Shown here: one piece after another, positions 16,527-32,798 of the stretch
Position numbering within the stretch: position 1 is the stretch's first letter
Layout of the letters: every line of letters starts with the position of its first letter
From: Escherichia coli
GTDB taxonomy: Bacteria > Pseudomonadota > Gammaproteobacteria > Enterobacterales > Enterobacteriaceae
Assembly (NCBI RefSeq): GCF_013122565.1
Contig: NZ_CP053258.1
DNA length: 64,000 nucleotides
Direction: 5' to 3' (one strand)
The notes under the pieces: model-generated
Told to the model about the DNA's origin: nothing
The model's database searches: none
What the model saw: only the letters and a program-made list of their open reading frames with translations
Position numbers and translations under genes: made by a program

Positions 16527-16586
16527 AGTTTCTCTCCGATTTGTGCCTGTCGCCTGAGGCCGTAATCATCGTCGGCCTCATAAAAA

Positions 16587-17849
16587 TTAAAACTCTTTTC
16601 GCAGCCAACTATTGAGTCGCTTGATCCACGAGCCAACTGATGCTGTAACACGTTTTTCTACTTCAGCTTCACCGTTAAGATGTGACTCTTTCCCATAGTG
16701 AAGCAATCCCACCGCCGTCGAATAATACGGCTCCTGAGCATAATCCGTTAAACCGGTAATGTTCAGCGGCGCGCCGATACGCACTTGCGTATGAAACACG
16801 CGCTGAGCACAGGCTGCAAGACCTTCGATCTGCGCTGCGCCACCGGTTAATACAATGCCTGCCGCCAGGTGATGTTTAACCCCTTGTTGGCGAAGCTTTT
16901 CCTGCAACTGCAATATCTCTTCGTTGACCAGGTTGAGCAGCTCGGTATAGCGCGGCTCGATCACCTCTGCCAGGGTCTGACGTTGCAGACTCCGCGGCGG
17001 ACGACCGCCTACGCTCGGCACTTCCACGCTCTCATCTTTTCCAACGATGGAACCCAGCGCACAACCGTGGCGAACTTTAATCGCTTCGGCGTCGCTTGGC
17101 GGCGTGCCAAAGGCGTAAGCGATATCACTGGTCACGACATTGCCAGCATAAGGAATTACCTTAGTGTGGCGCAATGCCCCACCGGTATAAACGGCGATAT
17201 CCATTGTACCACCACCGATATCGACGACGCAGACACCCAGTTCACGTTCATCTTCCGTCAATACCGAATAACTTGATGCCAGTCCGGCAAATATCAGTTG
17301 GTCAACTTTCAGCCCACAACGTTCAACCGCTTTGACGATGTTTTTCGCCATATCGTTGTGACATGTGATCAGGTGCACTTTTGCCTGCATCCGCACGCCC
17401 GAAAGTCCTACCGGATTCTTGATCCCTTCCTGATAGTCAATCGCATACTCTTGCGGGATCACATGCAGCACACGATGCTCATCGCGCACACGCACCGATT
17501 TCGCGGTATGGACGACGTTTTCCACATCTTCTTGCGTCACTTCTTCTTCAGAAATAGGCACCATACCAATTTCATTCTGGCAGCTGATGTGCTTACCAGA
17601 AAGCGCCAGATATACCGAAGAGATCTGACAATCTGCCATCAATTCTGCCTGGTCAATGGCACGTTGTACGCACTTGACCACGGATTCGAGGTCGTTCACC
17701 CCGCCTTTATCCATACCACGCGACGGGCAGCTGCCCACGCCAATGATATTGACCATACCGTCGGGCAGAACTTCCCCTACTAAAGCGGCAACCTTCGCGG
17801 TACCAATCTCCAGTCCTACTACCAGTTTTCTGTCCGTCGCCTTGATCAT
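16587..17849 (-). CDS. ftsA: cell division protein FtsA (actin-like ATPase)
   Basis: 420-aa ORF; dcw-cluster synteny. Confidence 0.96.
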   Translation of the reverse strand: MIKATDRKLVVGLEIGTAKVAALVGEVLPDGMVNIIGVGSCPSRGMDKGGVNDLESVVKCVQRAIDQAELMADCQISSVYLALSGKHISCQNEIGMVPISEEEVTQEDVENVVHTAKSVRVRDEHRVLHVIPQEYAIDYQEGIKNPVGLSGVRMQAKVHLITCHNDMAKNIVKAVERCGLKVDQLIFAGLASSYSVLTEDERELGVCVVDIGGGTMDIAVYTGGALRHTKVIPYAGNVVTSDIAYAFGTPPSDAEAIKVRHGCALGSIVGKDESVEVPSVGGRPPRSLQRQTLAEVIEPRYTELLNLVNEEILQLQEKLRQQGVKHHLAAGIVLTGGAAQIEGLAACAQRVFHTQVRIGAPLNITGLTDYAQEPYYSTAVGLLHYGKESHLNGEAEVEKRVTASVGSWIKRLNSWLRKEF

Positions 17850-18676
17850 TGTTGTTCTGCCTGTGCCTGATTTTGTTGCTGAGTAGATTCCTCTGGCGGC
17901 AATGGCGCCCAGCCTACTGCCGCTCCAGAGTCATAACGCAAATCAACGTAGCTAATCCGTTTGCCATCGGTTTGCGCCTGCTGCTGTAAAACCGGATAAA
18001 GTTCTACAAAGCGAGCCAAACGTTTCATCGTATCGCCCCGGCCAAGATTGAGCTTAATATCGTTATTCAGCGTCAACTGCCAGGAACGCCGCGCGGTCAT
18101 CGCCGCTTCCTTCAGAGTAAATCTGTCCTTTGCCAGCATCTGCCCCATTTCGCGATAGCCCTGCAACACTTCATTGGCGCTGCCTTCCGGGCCATACAGC
18201 ATTGGAAGCACCTGCTTGCTGGTGCGATCTGGCGGCACGCTGAAGGTATTTCCTTCCGCGTCTACCATGTGTTGATCATTCCACCGCGCAATCGGCACAT
18301 ATTCAACCAGATGAATCTTCAATTCATCAGGCCACTGCTTTCTGACGCTCACCTGCTTAATCCACGGCAGGCGTTGTTCTATTTGCGTCTGGATGATGTT
18401 GACATCCTGGGTCATAAAGGTACCCGGCTCACCCAATGCCAGGATCGACTGCCGGATATCGTCATTACGCGTGTAATGGCGTTCACCGGTCAACACCAGC
18501 TTTGAGAGCGGCAGGCGTTGCGCATCTTCCATCCAGCCCAACACGACCCAGCCGCTCACCAACACTGTCGTTAAAACGGTCAGCAGGAAAAGGATCCCCG
18601 CCAGACGCGTTCCATTATTGCGGCGAGAAGAAACCTCTTCTTCGCTGTTTCGCGTGTTCAGAGCAGCCTGCGACAT
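17846..18676 (-). CDS. ftsQ: cell division protein FtsQ
   Basis: 276-aa ORF overlapping the ftsA start by 4 bp. Confidence 0.95.
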   Translation of the reverse strand: MSQAALNTRNSEEEVSSRRNNGTRLAGILFLLTVLTTVLVSGWVVLGWMEDAQRLPLSKLVLTGERHYTRNDDIRQSILALGEPGTFMTQDVNIIQTQIEQRLPWIKQVSVRKQWPDELKIHLVEYVPIARWNDQHMVDAEGNTFSVPPDRTSKQVLPMLYGPEGSANEVLQGYREMGQMLAKDRFTLKEAAMTARRSWQLTLNNDIKLNLGRGDTMKRLARFVELYPVLQQQAQTDGKRISYVDLRYDSGAAVGWAPLPPEESTQQQNQAQAEQQ

Positions 18677-18677
18677 A

Positions 18678-21066
<2,389 letters not shown>

Positions 21067-21119
21067 TCTTTACGCCATTAACTTCTTAAATTCATACGAT
21101 GCAAAAGGCATCGCTACAA

Positions 21120-22187
21120 TTACGCCCGGGCGGCCCGGCTCACTTCATTTGCCACTCGCTCGGTGGCATCCGGAATGGATGCAGCGCGGGCGCGTTCTGC
21201 CATGGTTAATAAGGTTTCTCGCGACCACCCGGCCAGGGTGTTGGCGACAGCATCCACGCTAAGCTGTGGCTGCTCGATAATTTTGGCTGCGCCCGCTTTT
21301 TCCAGCGGTAGCGCATTCCAGTATTGCTGGCGGTCTTTATGTTGAAACGGCACAAACAACGCCGGTAGTCCTGCCGCGGCGATTTCACTCACCGTTAACG
21401 CACCGGAGCGGCAAACGACGACATCCGCCCACGCATACGCCGCCGCCATATCATCAATAAATTCAGTCACTTTATGCTGCGGTTGCCCCGCTTCGGCATA
21501 CGCCTGTTCAACGGATTGTTGCGAACCTTTGCCGCTCTGATGCCAGATAGTGACTGAATCACCCAGTTTCGCAGCAACCTGCGGCATTGTCTGGTTAAGA
21601 ATGCGTGCGCCCTGGGAACCACCCACTACCAGCACACGAACCGGACCTTCACGTCCAGCCAAACGTTGCTGCGGCAACGGTAGCGCCAACACATCGGTAC
21701 GCACCGGGTTACCCACCACTTCCGCATTGGGGAAAGCACCTGGAAACGCCTGCATCACTTTGGTGGCAATCTTCGCCAGCCATTTATTGGTTAAGCCCGC
21801 AATACCGTTTTGTTCATGAAGTACAACCGGAATGCCTAACGACCACGCGGCCAGACCACCAGGACCTGATACGTAGCCGCCCATACCGAGCACCACGTCA
21901 GGTTTGTACGCTTTCATAATCGCCCGCGCCTGACGCCAGGCATTGAAGATACGCAGCGGCGCAGCTATCAGTGCTTTTATACCTTTTCCACGCAGACCAG
22001 AGATACGAATGAAATCAATTTCGATGCCATGTTTTGGCACTAAGTCCGCTTCCATACGGTCGGCAGTCCCCAGCCAGCGAACTTGCCAACCCTGAGCCAT
22101 TAGATGGTGCGCAACCGCCAGTCCCGGGAATACATGTCCACCGGTTCCGCCTGCCATCACCATTAATCGCTTTCCTTGACCACTCAT
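21120..22187 (-). CDS. murG: lipid II synthase MurG (UDP-GlcNAc transferase)
   Basis: 355-aa ORF. Confidence 0.95.
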
Positions 22188-23428
22188 CGTGAACCTCGTA
22201 CAAACGCCTGCGCTTTCTCCAGACGCGTTTCATAATCAATACGCAACAGCATCATGATGGCTGTCGACATAATCAGTAAGCTCGAACCACCGTAACTGAT
22301 CAGCGGCAATGTCAGACCTTTGGTCGGTAACATCCCCGCCGCCGCGCCTACGTTAACCAGCGCCTGGAAGCTAAACCAGATGCCAATAGAACAGGCGAGA
22401 AAACCGGAAAAACGGTGGTCAATTTCTAATGCTTTACGGCCAATCGACATCGCGCGAAAAGCGACGAAGAATACCATTAAAAGTGCCAGCACCACACCGA
22501 CATACCCCAGTTCTTCGCCGATAATGGCGAAAATAAAGTCAGTGTGCGCTTCCGGCAGATACTCCAGTTTTTGTACCGAGTTACCTAAACCTTGCCCCCA
22601 AAGTTCGCCGCGACCAAACGCCATCAGCGATTGCGTTAACTGATAGCCGCTGCCAAAGGGATCTTCCCACGGGTTCCAGAATGCGGTAACACGGCGGATA
22701 CGGTACGGTTCGGCGAGTATCAGCAACACAACCGCTGAAATGCCCATACCGATAATGGCAATGAACTGCCACAATTTCGCTCCCGCCAGGAACAACATCG
22801 CCAGCGTAGTCACAAACAACACCACCACCGTACCAAGGTCTGGCTGTGCCAGCAGTAACACTGCCAACACCAGAATCACGCCCATCGGTTTCAGGAAGCC
22901 GCGCAGGTTATTACGTACTTCGTCGCCTTTACGCACCAGATAGTTGGCGATATAGCAAAACAGCGACAGTTTTGTCAGCTCCGCAGGCTGGATACGCAGC
23001 AAACCGAGATCGATCCAACGCGATGCCCCTTTAACCGAGCTCCCCACTACCAGAACGATCATCAGCAGGATGATAGATCCGAGCAGCATCGTGGCACTGT
23101 AGCGTTGCCAGAACTCCATCGGCAGACGCAGCGTAATGATCGCCAGAATGAATGCCAGGATCAGATAGACGCCATCACGCTTCGCGAAGAAGAACGGATC
23201 GTTGGTTAAGCGTTGCCCTATGGGCATTGACGCCGAGGTCACCATGATAAAGCCAATCGCCGCGAGGCCGAAGGTCAGCCACAGTAAGGTGCGATCGTAC
23301 ATGATCAGGCTGTCGGTATCTTTTTCCCGCGAGCCCATCACCCAGCCCTTTAGCGCCGTGGAGATCCAGACCAGGATACTGAATCCTGGCAGGCGCGGCA
23401 TTTTCAGGCGAGGGAGAGATAAACGCAT
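22184..23428 (-). CDS. ftsW: peptidoglycan glycosyltransferase FtsW (SEDS family)
   Basis: ORF 22184..23431; start placed at the second Met ([19 protein letters not shown]...) giving 414 aa. Confidence 0.93.
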
Positions 23429-24744
23429 CAACCTAACTCCTTCGCCAGACGGGCAAACTCATTGCCTCGTTGTTCAAAGTTCTTGAACTGATCAAGGCTG
23501 GCACAGGCCGGGGAGAGCAGAACCATATCTCCTGGTTGAACACGCGGAGCCAGCAAGCGCATCGCCTGTTCCATAGTTTCGGTTTGTTCTGCCACTTCCG
23601 GGCGTAACGCCGCCAGCTGCGCGCCGTCACGACCGAAACAATACAGACGTACGTTATCGCCATTCAGGTAACGCGCCAGTGGGCTAAAGTCCGCCGATTT
23701 ACCATCGCCGCCCAGCAACAAATGCAGCGTGCCGTCTACGTGCAGGCCATTCAGCGCCGCTTCCGTACTGCCGACGTTGGTCGCTTTTGAATCGTTAATC
23801 CAACGTACGCCGTTATGCTCCAGCACAACTTCAAAGCGATGCGGCAGACCAGTGAATGTGGTTAACGCTTTCAGGCTGCTGGCTCGCGGTAACCCTGCGG
23901 CATCTGCCAGTGCCAGCGCCGCCAGCGCATTGGTGTAGTTATGCTGCCCGGAAATTTTCATTTCTTTCACGTTCAGCACTTTCTCGCCTTTCACCCGCAG
24001 CCAGGTTTCGCCCTGCTGATGATTCAGGTGATAGTCACCCATGTTGACGCCAAAGCTGACGCAGCGTTCATCCGCACCGCGAATCGGCATTGTTAAGGCA
24101 TCATCAGCATTAACCACGCAAACTTTCGCGTTTTCGTAAATGCGCAGTTTTGCTGCACGATACTGTTGTAAACCAAACGGATAGCGATCCATATGATCTT
24201 CAGTCACGTTCAGAATGGTCGCTGCTACCGCCTGTAAGCTGGAGGTGGTTTCCAGCTGGAAGCTCGACAGTTCCAGTACGTACAGTTCGCACTCATCATC
24301 CAGCAGCATCAACGCGGGCAGGCCAATATTGCCACCCACACCAACGTTAACCCCCGCCGCTTTCGCCATTTCACCCACTAGCGTGGTGACCGTGCTTTTG
24401 CCGTTAGAACCGGTAATCGCCACAATCGGTGCTTGTGCTTCGCGACAAAACAGCTCGATATCGCCAACGATTTCGATTCCGGCATCAGCGGCAGCGCTTA
24501 AGGATGGATGCGCCAGTGCAATACCGGGACTGGCGACAATCAGATCTGCCGCCATCAGCCATTCATCATTCAGACTGCCCGTGTGGCGTTCTACGGCTTC
24601 GGGTAATTTATCCAGGCCAGGCGGTGTCATACGCGTATCCATAACGCGCGGCGTCACACCGCGAGCGAGGAAAAAGTCCACGCAGGAAAGCCCGGTGAGG
24701 CCCAGGCCGATAATGACAACATTTTTACCCTGGTAATCAGCCAT
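23428..24744 (-). CDS. murD: UDP-N-acetylmuramoylalanine--D-glutamate ligase MurD
   Basis: 438-aa ORF. Confidence 0.95.
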
Positions 24745-24746
24745 GA

Positions 24747-25829
24747 TTAACGTACCTTCAGCGTTGCCAGACCAATCAGGACCAGCATCAGCGAAATAAT
24801 CCAGAAACGCACAATGACGCGCGGTTCCGGCCAGCCTTTCAGTTCATAGTGGTGATGAATCGGTGCCATGCGGAAAATACGTTGTCCGCGCAGTTTAAAG
24901 GAGCCGACCTGCAGGATGACAGAAAGCGTTTCTACCACGAACACGCCCCCCATAATCACCAGCAGGAATTCCTGACGTAGCAGTACGGCGATAATGCCTA
25001 ACGCACCACCTAACGCCAGCGAACCTACATCGCCCATAAAGACCTGCGCCGGATAGGTGTTAAACCACAGGAAGCCCAGTCCTGCCCCGACTATCGCGGT
25101 ACAGACAATAACCAGTTCCCCGGCGTGTCGCAGATACGGTATGTGTAAATAGCTGGCAAAGTTCATGTTGCCGGTCGCCCACGCCACCAGCGCAAAACCA
25201 CCGGCGACAAATACGGTCGGCATAATTGCCAGACCGTCAAGACCATCGGTCAGGTTTACCGCGTTGCCAGTACCCACAATGACGAAGTAAGCCAGCAGAA
25301 TGTAGAACAGCCCCAGTTGCGGCATCACATCTTTAAAGAATGGGACCACCAGCTGCGTTGCGGGCGTGTCTTTGCCAACAAGGTACAGCGCGAAGGCGAC
25401 ACCCAGCGCAATGACCGACATCCAGAAATACTTCCAACGAGCGATCAACCCTTTGGTGTCTTTACGCACCACTTTGCGATAATCATCAACAAAGCCAATA
25501 ACACCGTAACCTACCAGCACCACCAACACGCACCAGACGTACGGATTGGACGGGTAAGCCCACAGCAGTACGGAGATCACAATCGCCGTCAGGATCATAA
25601 TCCCGCCCATGGTCGGCGTACCGCGCTTGCTGAAGTGTGATTCAGGACCGTCGTTACGCACCACCTGACCAAAGGAAAGTTTTTGCAAATGAGCAATCAT
25701 ACGCGGGCCCATCCACAATGAGATGAACAGCGCGGTCAGCAGGCTGACGATGGCGCGAAACGTCAGATAGGAAAAGACGTTAAAGCCGGAATAATATTTG
25801 ACCAAATGTTCGGCCAGCCAAACTAACAT
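24747..25829 (-). CDS. mraY: phospho-N-acetylmuramoyl-pentapeptide transferase MraY
   Basis: 360-aa polytopic membrane ORF. Confidence 0.95.
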   Translation of the reverse strand: MLVWLAEHLVKYYSGFNVFSYLTFRAIVSLLTALFISLWMGPRMIAHLQKLSFGQVVRNDGPESHFSKRGTPTMGGIMILTAIVISVLLWAYPSNPYVWCVLVVLVGYGVIGFVDDYRKVVRKDTKGLIARWKYFWMSVIALGVAFALYLVGKDTPATQLVVPFFKDVMPQLGLFYILLAYFVIVGTGNAVNLTDGLDGLAIMPTVFVAGGFALVAWATGNMNFASYLHIPYLRHAGELVIVCTAIVGAGLGFLWFNTYPAQVFMGDVGSLALGGALGIIAVLLRQEFLLVIMGGVFVVETLSVILQVGSFKLRGQRIFRMAPIHHHYELKGWPEPRVIVRFWIISLMLVLIGLATLKVR

Positions 25830-27181
25830 GTCCCATTCTCCTGTAAAGCGCGTACTACCTCTTCCATGGCGGCACTACGTGAACCCTTAACTAAAATCGT
25901 AATTACCTGTTGCTCAGCAATCAGTGATTTAAGACGCGTAATTAACGCAGTTTTCTCAGCAAAATGTTCGCCAACGCCGCTGGCGGTGCTGATAGCATGG
26001 CTTTGTTTACCCACGCTTAACACGCGGTCAATACCAGCAGCTTTTGCCGCCTCGCCCACCTGTACATGACAGGCTTCGCTTTCAGCGCCCAGTTCCGCCA
26101 TATCGCCCACCACCAGCACGCGGTAGCCCGGCATTTCAGCCAGTACCTGAACAGCGGCGGTCATTGAACCGACATTGGCGTTGTAGGAGTCGTCGAGCAG
26201 CAACTGGTTTTCTGCCAGTTGGATGGGGAACAGACGGCCTGGAACAGCTTTCAGATTTGCCAGCCCCGCTTTGATAGCATCAAGCGTTGCGCCCACGGAC
26301 ATGGAGAGCGCAGCGGCTGCCAGCGCATTCGCAATATTGTGACGCCCCGGCAACGGCAGCAGAACATCCACGCTACCGGTTGGGGTTTGCAGGGTAAATT
26401 CCGTACCGTGCGAGGTCACATGGATATTGGTGGCGGTGAAATCGCTGTTGGCGGCATTGGGTGAGAAACGCCACACTTTGCGTGAGCCAATTACGCTCTG
26501 CCAGTTCAGCCAGTCGTTGTTGTCGGCGTTCATAATGGCGATACCGTTTTCCGGCAGGCCGCTAAAGATTTCACCTTTCGCTTTCGCGACCCCCGCAAGC
26601 GAGCCAAAACCTTCCAGATGTGCCGCTGCCAGGTTGTTGACCAGCGCCGCTTCCGGGCGAGTCAGACTCACAGTCCAGGCTATTTCGCCCTGATGGTTCG
26701 CGCCAAGTTCAATAACTGCGTAATCGTATTCCGGCGTTAAGCGCAACAGCGTCATCGGTACACCGATGTCGTTGTTGAGATTGCCTGCCGTATAAAGCGT
26801 GTTGCCGCACTGGCTTAAAATCGCCGCCGTCATCTCTTTAACGGAGGTTTTGCCGGAGGAACCTGTCAGAGCAACCACGCGCGCCGGAACTTGCTGGCGA
26901 ACCCATGCAGCCAGTTCACCAAACGCCAGACGCGTATCCTTGACGATTAACTGCGGCAGGTCGATGTCCAGCGGACGGCTAACCAGTAGTGCGCCTGCGC
27001 CGCCAGCTTTCGCCTGGTCGGCAAAATCATGAGCATCGAAACGTTCGCCTTTCAGGGCAACAAACAGGCAGCCCGGCGTCAGTTTTCGGGTATCAGTGGT
27101 TACAGCATCAAGGGTGATATCTGCACCTTGCAGTTCACCGTTGAGAATGTCGGTAAGTTGGCTAAGGGTTACGCTAATCAT
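25823..27181 (-). CDS. murF: UDP-MurNAc-tripeptide--D-alanyl-D-alanine ligase MurF
   Basis: 452-aa ORF. Confidence 0.95.
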   Translation of the reverse strand: MISVTLSQLTDILNGELQGADITLDAVTTDTRKLTPGCLFVALKGERFDAHDFADQAKAGGAGALLVSRPLDIDLPQLIVKDTRLAFGELAAWVRQQVPARVVALTGSSGKTSVKEMTAAILSQCGNTLYTAGNLNNDIGVPMTLLRLTPEYDYAVIELGANHQGEIAWTVSLTRPEAALVNNLAAAHLEGFGSLAGVAKAKGEIFSGLPENGIAIMNADNNDWLNWQSVIGSRKVWRFSPNAANSDFTATNIHVTSHGTEFTLQTPTGSVDVLLPLPGRHNIANALAAAALSMSVGATLDAIKAGLANLKAVPGRLFPIQLAENQLLLDDSYNANVGSMTAAVQVLAEMPGYRVLVVGDMAELGAESEACHVQVGEAAKAAGIDRVLSVGKQSHAISTASGVGEHFAEKTALITRLKSLIAEQQVITILVKGSRSAAMEEVVRALQENGTC

Positions 27182-28665
27182 GCAATCACCCCCAGCAGAC
27201 GCGCCACCGTGACGCGATCGGAGTAGTCCAGACGCTGATTGCCAACAATCTGGTAATCTTCATGGCCTTTGCCCGCGACAAGCACCACATCGTTCTCTTT
27301 AGCCTGCATAACGGCGCAAGTCACCGCTTCAGCACGGCCTTCCATCACTTTGGCATGTCCGGCATCTAACATTCCCGCCAGAATATCGTTGATGATGGCA
27401 CGCGGTTCTTCGGTACGCGGGTTATCGTCCGTCACCACCGCCACGTCAGCAAACTCTTCGGCAATTGCGCCCATCAGTGGACGCTTACCTTTATCGCGAT
27501 CGCCACCACAGCCAAAGACACACCACAACTTGCCCGCACAGTGCAGACGCGCCGCCTGTAAGGCTTTTTCCAGTGCATCCGGTGTATGCGCGTAATCCAC
27601 CACCACCGTCGGTTTGCCTGGCGCAGTGAACACTTCCATACGTCCGCAAACCGGTTGCAGACGCGCGGCGGTTTTCAACAGATCAGCCAATGGATAGCCG
27701 AGTGCCAACAGTGTCGCCAGCGCGAGCAGCAGGTTGCTGACGTTAAAAGCGCCCATCAGATGGCTTTCAATTTCGCCATCGCCCCAACTTGAGCTAAAGC
27801 GAATCGTCGCACCGCTGTCGTGATAGTTCACGTCGATCGCTTTTAACCAGCGTCCGTGACAGTTCGGATTGATATGATCTTCCATTGATACCGCAACCGC
27901 GTCCGGCAGTTTTGCCAGCCAGCGGCGGCCCACTTCATCGTCGGCGTTAATAATCGCCTGACCGCAATGATGTTCAGAATAAAGCAGCCATTTCGCAGCT
28001 TCGTAGTGTTCCATATCACCATGATAATCAAGGTGATCGCGGCTTAAGTTGGTAAAGACCGACGCTGCAAATTTCAATGCCGCCACACGGTGCTGTACCA
28101 GCCCGTGGGAGGAAACTTCCATTGCGCAAAAAGTCGCGCCCTGATCCACCAGCCCCGCCAGCTCGTGCTGAACATCGACTGCGGAACCGGTAGTATTTTC
28201 TGTCGGGATCACTTTCCCAAGCAGACCGTTACCAACGGTGCCCATTACCGCGCTGGTTTCGCCAAGCAGTTGGCTCCACTGCGCCAGCAGCTGGGTCGTC
28301 GTGGTTTTGCCGTTGGTGCCCGTTACGCCCACGAGACGTAAATTGTCAGAGGGTTCATGGTAAAAGCGGCCCGCCAGTGCAGATAAACGCTCGTTGAGCT
28401 GGCTGAGATAGATGACCGGTACGCCGTGCATTTCACGGATTTCACCGTCGGTCGCCTCATCTTTCGCCTCTGCAATAATGGCAGCCACACCTTGCGCTAT
28501 CGCCTGCGGGATATATCGACGCCCGTCCGCCTGATGACCTACTACAGCTACAAAGAGATCGCCCGCCGCAGCCACACGGCTGTCGAGTGTCATCTCTCGC
28601 AGTGCTCGCGAAGGTGCGTCTGGCACCCACGGAGCAAGAAGGTCGCGCAAATTACGATCTGCCAC
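27178..28665 (-). CDS. murE: UDP-MurNAc-L-Ala-D-Glu--meso-DAP ligase MurE
   Basis: 495-aa ORF. Confidence 0.95.
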
Positions 28666-30418
28666 CTGTCCCCTCGCCTTGATTAATCACAAATTCATTT
28701 TTATCGCCCGTTGTCAGCGCATCCGGCTCGATGTTCATGGTACGCAATACGCCGCCCATGATGGCACCAAAAACCGGCGCGGAAACGGCGCCGCCGTAGT
28801 ATTTACCCGCCTGCGGATCGTTGATAACAACAACCAGCGCGAAGCGCGGCTGACTCGCAGGCGCAACGCCTGCGGTATAAGCAATATATTTATTGATGTA
28901 GCGACCGTCCGGCCCGACCTTTTTCGCGGTACCGGTTTTAATGGCGATACGATAGCCTTTAATCGCCGCCTTCACGCCGCCGCCGCCCGGTAGCGCCACG
29001 CTTTCCATCATATGCACCACGGTGCGAACAATGGATTCCGGGAAGACACGTTCACCGGGAACCGGGGGGTCAACTTTGGTAATCGACAGTGGGCGATAAA
29101 TGCCGTAGCTGCCGATAGTTGCGTAGACTCGCGCTAACTGTAACGGTGTTACCATTAGCCCGTAGCCGAAAGAGAAGGTGGCCCTCTCTATGTCAGACCA
29201 CCGTTGTTTTTGAGGATATAAGCCACTGCGTTCTCCGACCAACCCCAAATTGGTCGCTTTTCCCAGTCCAAAACGTGAGTAAGTATCTACTAACGCTGAG
29301 GACGGCATCGCTAACGCCAGCTTGGAAACACCGACGTTACTCGACTTCTGTAATACCCCGGTCAGGGTTAATTCGCTGTAGCGTGCCACGTCTTTGATTT
29401 CGTGGCCGTTAATTCGATAAGGAACGGTATTGAGTACCGAGTTTTCCCGCACCACGCCACGTTGCAACGCGGTCATCACCACCATCGGTTTAACCGTTGA
29501 GCCCGGTTCAAACACGTCGGTGATGGTACGGTTACGCATCGCCTCTTTCGGCGTGCCACTCAAATTGTTAGGGTTGTATGATGGGCTGTTAGCCATCGCC
29601 AGCACTTCACCGGTGTTGACATCCACCAGCACGGCGCTACCAGATTCAGCCTTGTTAAAGGCCACCGCGTTGTTCAGTTCGCGATAAACCAGCGCCTGCA
29701 GGCGTTCATCAATACTCAGCGCCAGGTTGTGCGCAGCCTGGCTGTCAGTAGAAGAAATATCTTCAATTACGCGACCATAGCGGTCTTTACGCACAATGCG
29801 CTCACCCGGCTGCCCGGTAAGCCATTTATCGAAACTCTTCTCGACGCCCTCAATCCCCTGACTATCGACGTTAGTAAAGCCGATGAGGTGAGCAGTCACT
29901 TCGCCGGATGGATAATAACGTCGAGATTCTTCACGCAGATGAATCCCTGGCAGTTTCAGTTTTTTGATGTAGTCCGCCATGTCAGGGTTTACCTGACGCG
30001 CCAGATAAATAAAGCGCCCTTTCGGGTTGGCGTTAATGCGGGCTGAAAGCTGATCCAGCGGAATATTGAGCGCGTTAGCCAGCGCCTTCCAGCGGTCACC
30101 GACGCTGATACCGCCAGCGTCATGCACTTCTTTCGGATCAGCCCAAATCGCTTTTACCGGCACGCTCACCGCTAACGGGCGACCAGAACGGTCAGTAATC
30201 ATGCCGCGGGAGGTGGAAACTTGCTGAACGCGAAGAGAACGCATGTCGCCCTCTTTCACCAGCATATCCGGGGAGATAACTTGTAACCACGCTACGCGTC
30301 CGAGCAGAAAAGCCAGCGCCAGGAGAATACAGCCGCATAACAACGCAAAACGCCAACTGATAAAGTTGGCATGTTCTTCCTGACGTTTTGGTTTCTGCGT
30401 TTTCGCCGCTGCTTTCAT
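28652..30418 (-). CDS. ftsI: peptidoglycan transpeptidase FtsI (PBP3)
   Basis: 588-aa ORF with transpeptidase motifs STVK, SSN, KTG. Confidence 0.96.
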
Positions 30419-30433
30419 GCGTCGCGTTTATCC

Positions 30434-30799
30434 TTATTTTTGCACTACGATATTTTCTTGTGACGGATCAACATGCTGCATTTGCAGCTTTTCCGTGGCG
30501 ATCCTTTCCACCCGGCTATGGTCGCCGAGCGCATTCTCTTCAAGGATCAGGTTGCGCCATTCAATGTCTAAAGCATCTCGCTCCAGCACCAGTTGTTCGC
30601 GCTGAGCGGTCAGTAAACGGGTATGGTGCGCCGTGGTTACCACGGTTACCGCCGTCAAAATAATGCAAATGAACAGGCAGAGTGGCAGCTTCCCAAATCG
30701 CAAAAGATCGTCACCGATAACACCAGGCAATGCATGGCGCTCGTGGCTTCCCATCGATCCTTTAACTTTGCTTAGAGCTTCTGTCACTCTGCTGATCAT
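30434..30799 (-). CDS. ftsL: cell division protein FtsL
   Basis: 121-aa bitopic ORF. Confidence 0.93.
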
Positions 30800-31737
30800 G
30801 CGTTCGTCCTCTCTGCAATACGCAGAACTGAACTACGGGCACGAGGATTCTCAGCCACCTCTTCTTCGCCCGGCATTAACTTGCCTAGTGCTCGCAGCTG
30901 ACGGCCACCCAGTTTTTTGAGCTGCTCTTCAGTCATCGGTAACCCTGCCGGAACTTGCGGACCGCGGCTGTTTTCACGCATAAAACGTTTCACAATACGG
31001 TCTTCCAGCGAGTGGAAGCTGATGATCGAAAGCCGCCCACCCGGGGCCAGCACGTTGAGCGAGCTTTTTAGCGCCTGCTCTATCTCCTCCAGTTCACTGT
31101 TTACCCAAATGCGCACCGCCTGGAAGGTACGGGTCGCGGGATGTTTAAACTTATCTTTCACCGGCGTTGCAGCAGCCACGACTTCCGCCAGTTCTTTGGT
31201 GCGGGTCATCGGCTGTTCGCGGTTACGCTCGACAATGGCGCGGGCAATGCGTTTGGCAAAACGCTCTTCACCATAGGTTTTCAATACCCAGGCGATATCG
31301 GCTTCTTCTGCGGTTTGTAGCCATTCAGCGGCTGACTGCCCCCGGGTTGGGTCCATACGCATGTCCAGCGGACCATCGCGCATAAAGGAAAAGCCGCGCT
31401 CAGCATCATCAAGTTGCGGTGAAGAGACACCAAGATCGAGGAGAATGCCGTCGATCTTGCCGATAAGATCGCGCTCGGCAACGTATTCGCCCAGCGCGGA
31501 GAAAGGTCCGTGGATGATGGAGAAGCGCGGATCATCAATAGTCTTCGCAACGGCGATAGCCTGCGGGTCGCGATCGATCGCCAGCAAACGCCCCTCTTCG
31601 CCAAGCTGCGAGAGGATCAGACGTGAGTGACCACCGCGACCAAAAGTCCCATCAATGTAGATGCCATCAGGACGGATATTGAGGCCATTAACGGCTTCAT
31701 CCAGCAGCACCGTAGTATGTTTATAGTTTTCCATCAT
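30796..31737 (-). CDS. rsmH: 16S rRNA m4C1402 methyltransferase RsmH (MraW)
   Basis: ORF 30796..31866; start placed at the internal Met ([18 protein letters not shown]...) giving 313 aa. Confidence 0.92.
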
Positions 31738-31738
31738 T

Positions 31739-32197
31739 TTATAGAGACAAGTCCTGCAGTCGCTCCGATAAGTCTCCGGTAGCCAACTGCTCTGCGTCGA
31801 TATCTTCCTTGACCTGTTGATGCCAGGTTGTTTCATCCCACAGCTCAAACTTGTTGAACTGTCCAACCAGCATCACTTCTTTTGTCAGCCCGGCATGTTG
31901 CCGCAGTACTGGCGCGATTAACAATCGACCTGCGCCATCCATCTGACATTCGCTGGCATGACCTAACAGTAGGCGCTGCACACGGCGCTCAACCGGGTTC
32001 ATGCTCGACAGACGCGATAATTTTTGCTCGATAATTTCCCATTCAGGCAGGGGGTAAAGCAGCAGGCACGGGTGATGAATGTCAATGGTGCAAACCATTT
32101 GACCGGCAGCGTTCTCAAGCAGCTGTTCCCGATAACGGGTAGGCACTGATAAGCGCCCTTTGCTGTCGAGATTGACTAACGTTGCTCCCCGGAACAT
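31739..32197 (-). CDS. mraZ: transcriptional regulator MraZ
   Basis: ORF 31739..32233; start placed at the internal Met ([19 protein letters not shown]...) giving 152 aa. Confidence 0.92.
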
Positions 32198-32798
32198 GCC
32201 AGCCTCACCCCTTATTCCCACTTTGCCCCACAATTTCCCACTGAAAGGAGTTTACGGAGCGGAGGAAAAGCTTGTCAAGCCAGTCACAAGGCATACCGAG
32301 GTAAAAAACCCGATGTTTACGGCTAATATCAGCGTTGTTTATTTTACGTCCAACGTGCGCAGCAAATTAACGTTATGAATAGCTGTAAGAAAAAATCCCT
32401 CATCGTCATCACCGTTTTAAAATGACTCACTATTTTCCACAGCAAATATAAAGTGTCAGTTTGCGACGCGAGCGGCATTTTAGGACATATCTTCCCCGGT
32501 TAACAGTCCCTGTTGCGTCTGTGTAGCGCTTGATGCCAGCGGGTTTGCGCAAAAGCAAAGAAAAGTGCTTGTTAAATCGGCAATTCATCTCTGCATGTAA
32601 CAAAATAATGCAAAAACGCGCTGTCGATATCACTTAATTATTGTGAATTTCAGCTGGTGAGTTAATTAACGGGCGGGTTTAAAAGCATTTATCAATAATA
32701 GTCAGGAATAGTCTTATTTACTTTAAGGATATTGATGTCCAGTCCCGTACTCTACGCACCAGAGTGAAATTCACCTGGCGCGTATTTTTGTTCGCAGC
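32198..32798 (-). promoter_or_regulatory. dcw-cluster upstream region (expected Pmra promoter / MraZ operator)
   Basis: ~600-bp AT-rich non-coding region upstream of mraZ; placement from established knowledge of the locus, individual elements not resolved. Confidence 0.4.

Noticed and set aside
15384-16565. 393-aa ORF on the plus strand
   Set aside because: Antisense to ftsZ over its whole length; long antisense ORFs are common opposite GC-rich, highly expressed genes, and it has no recognisable protein features.
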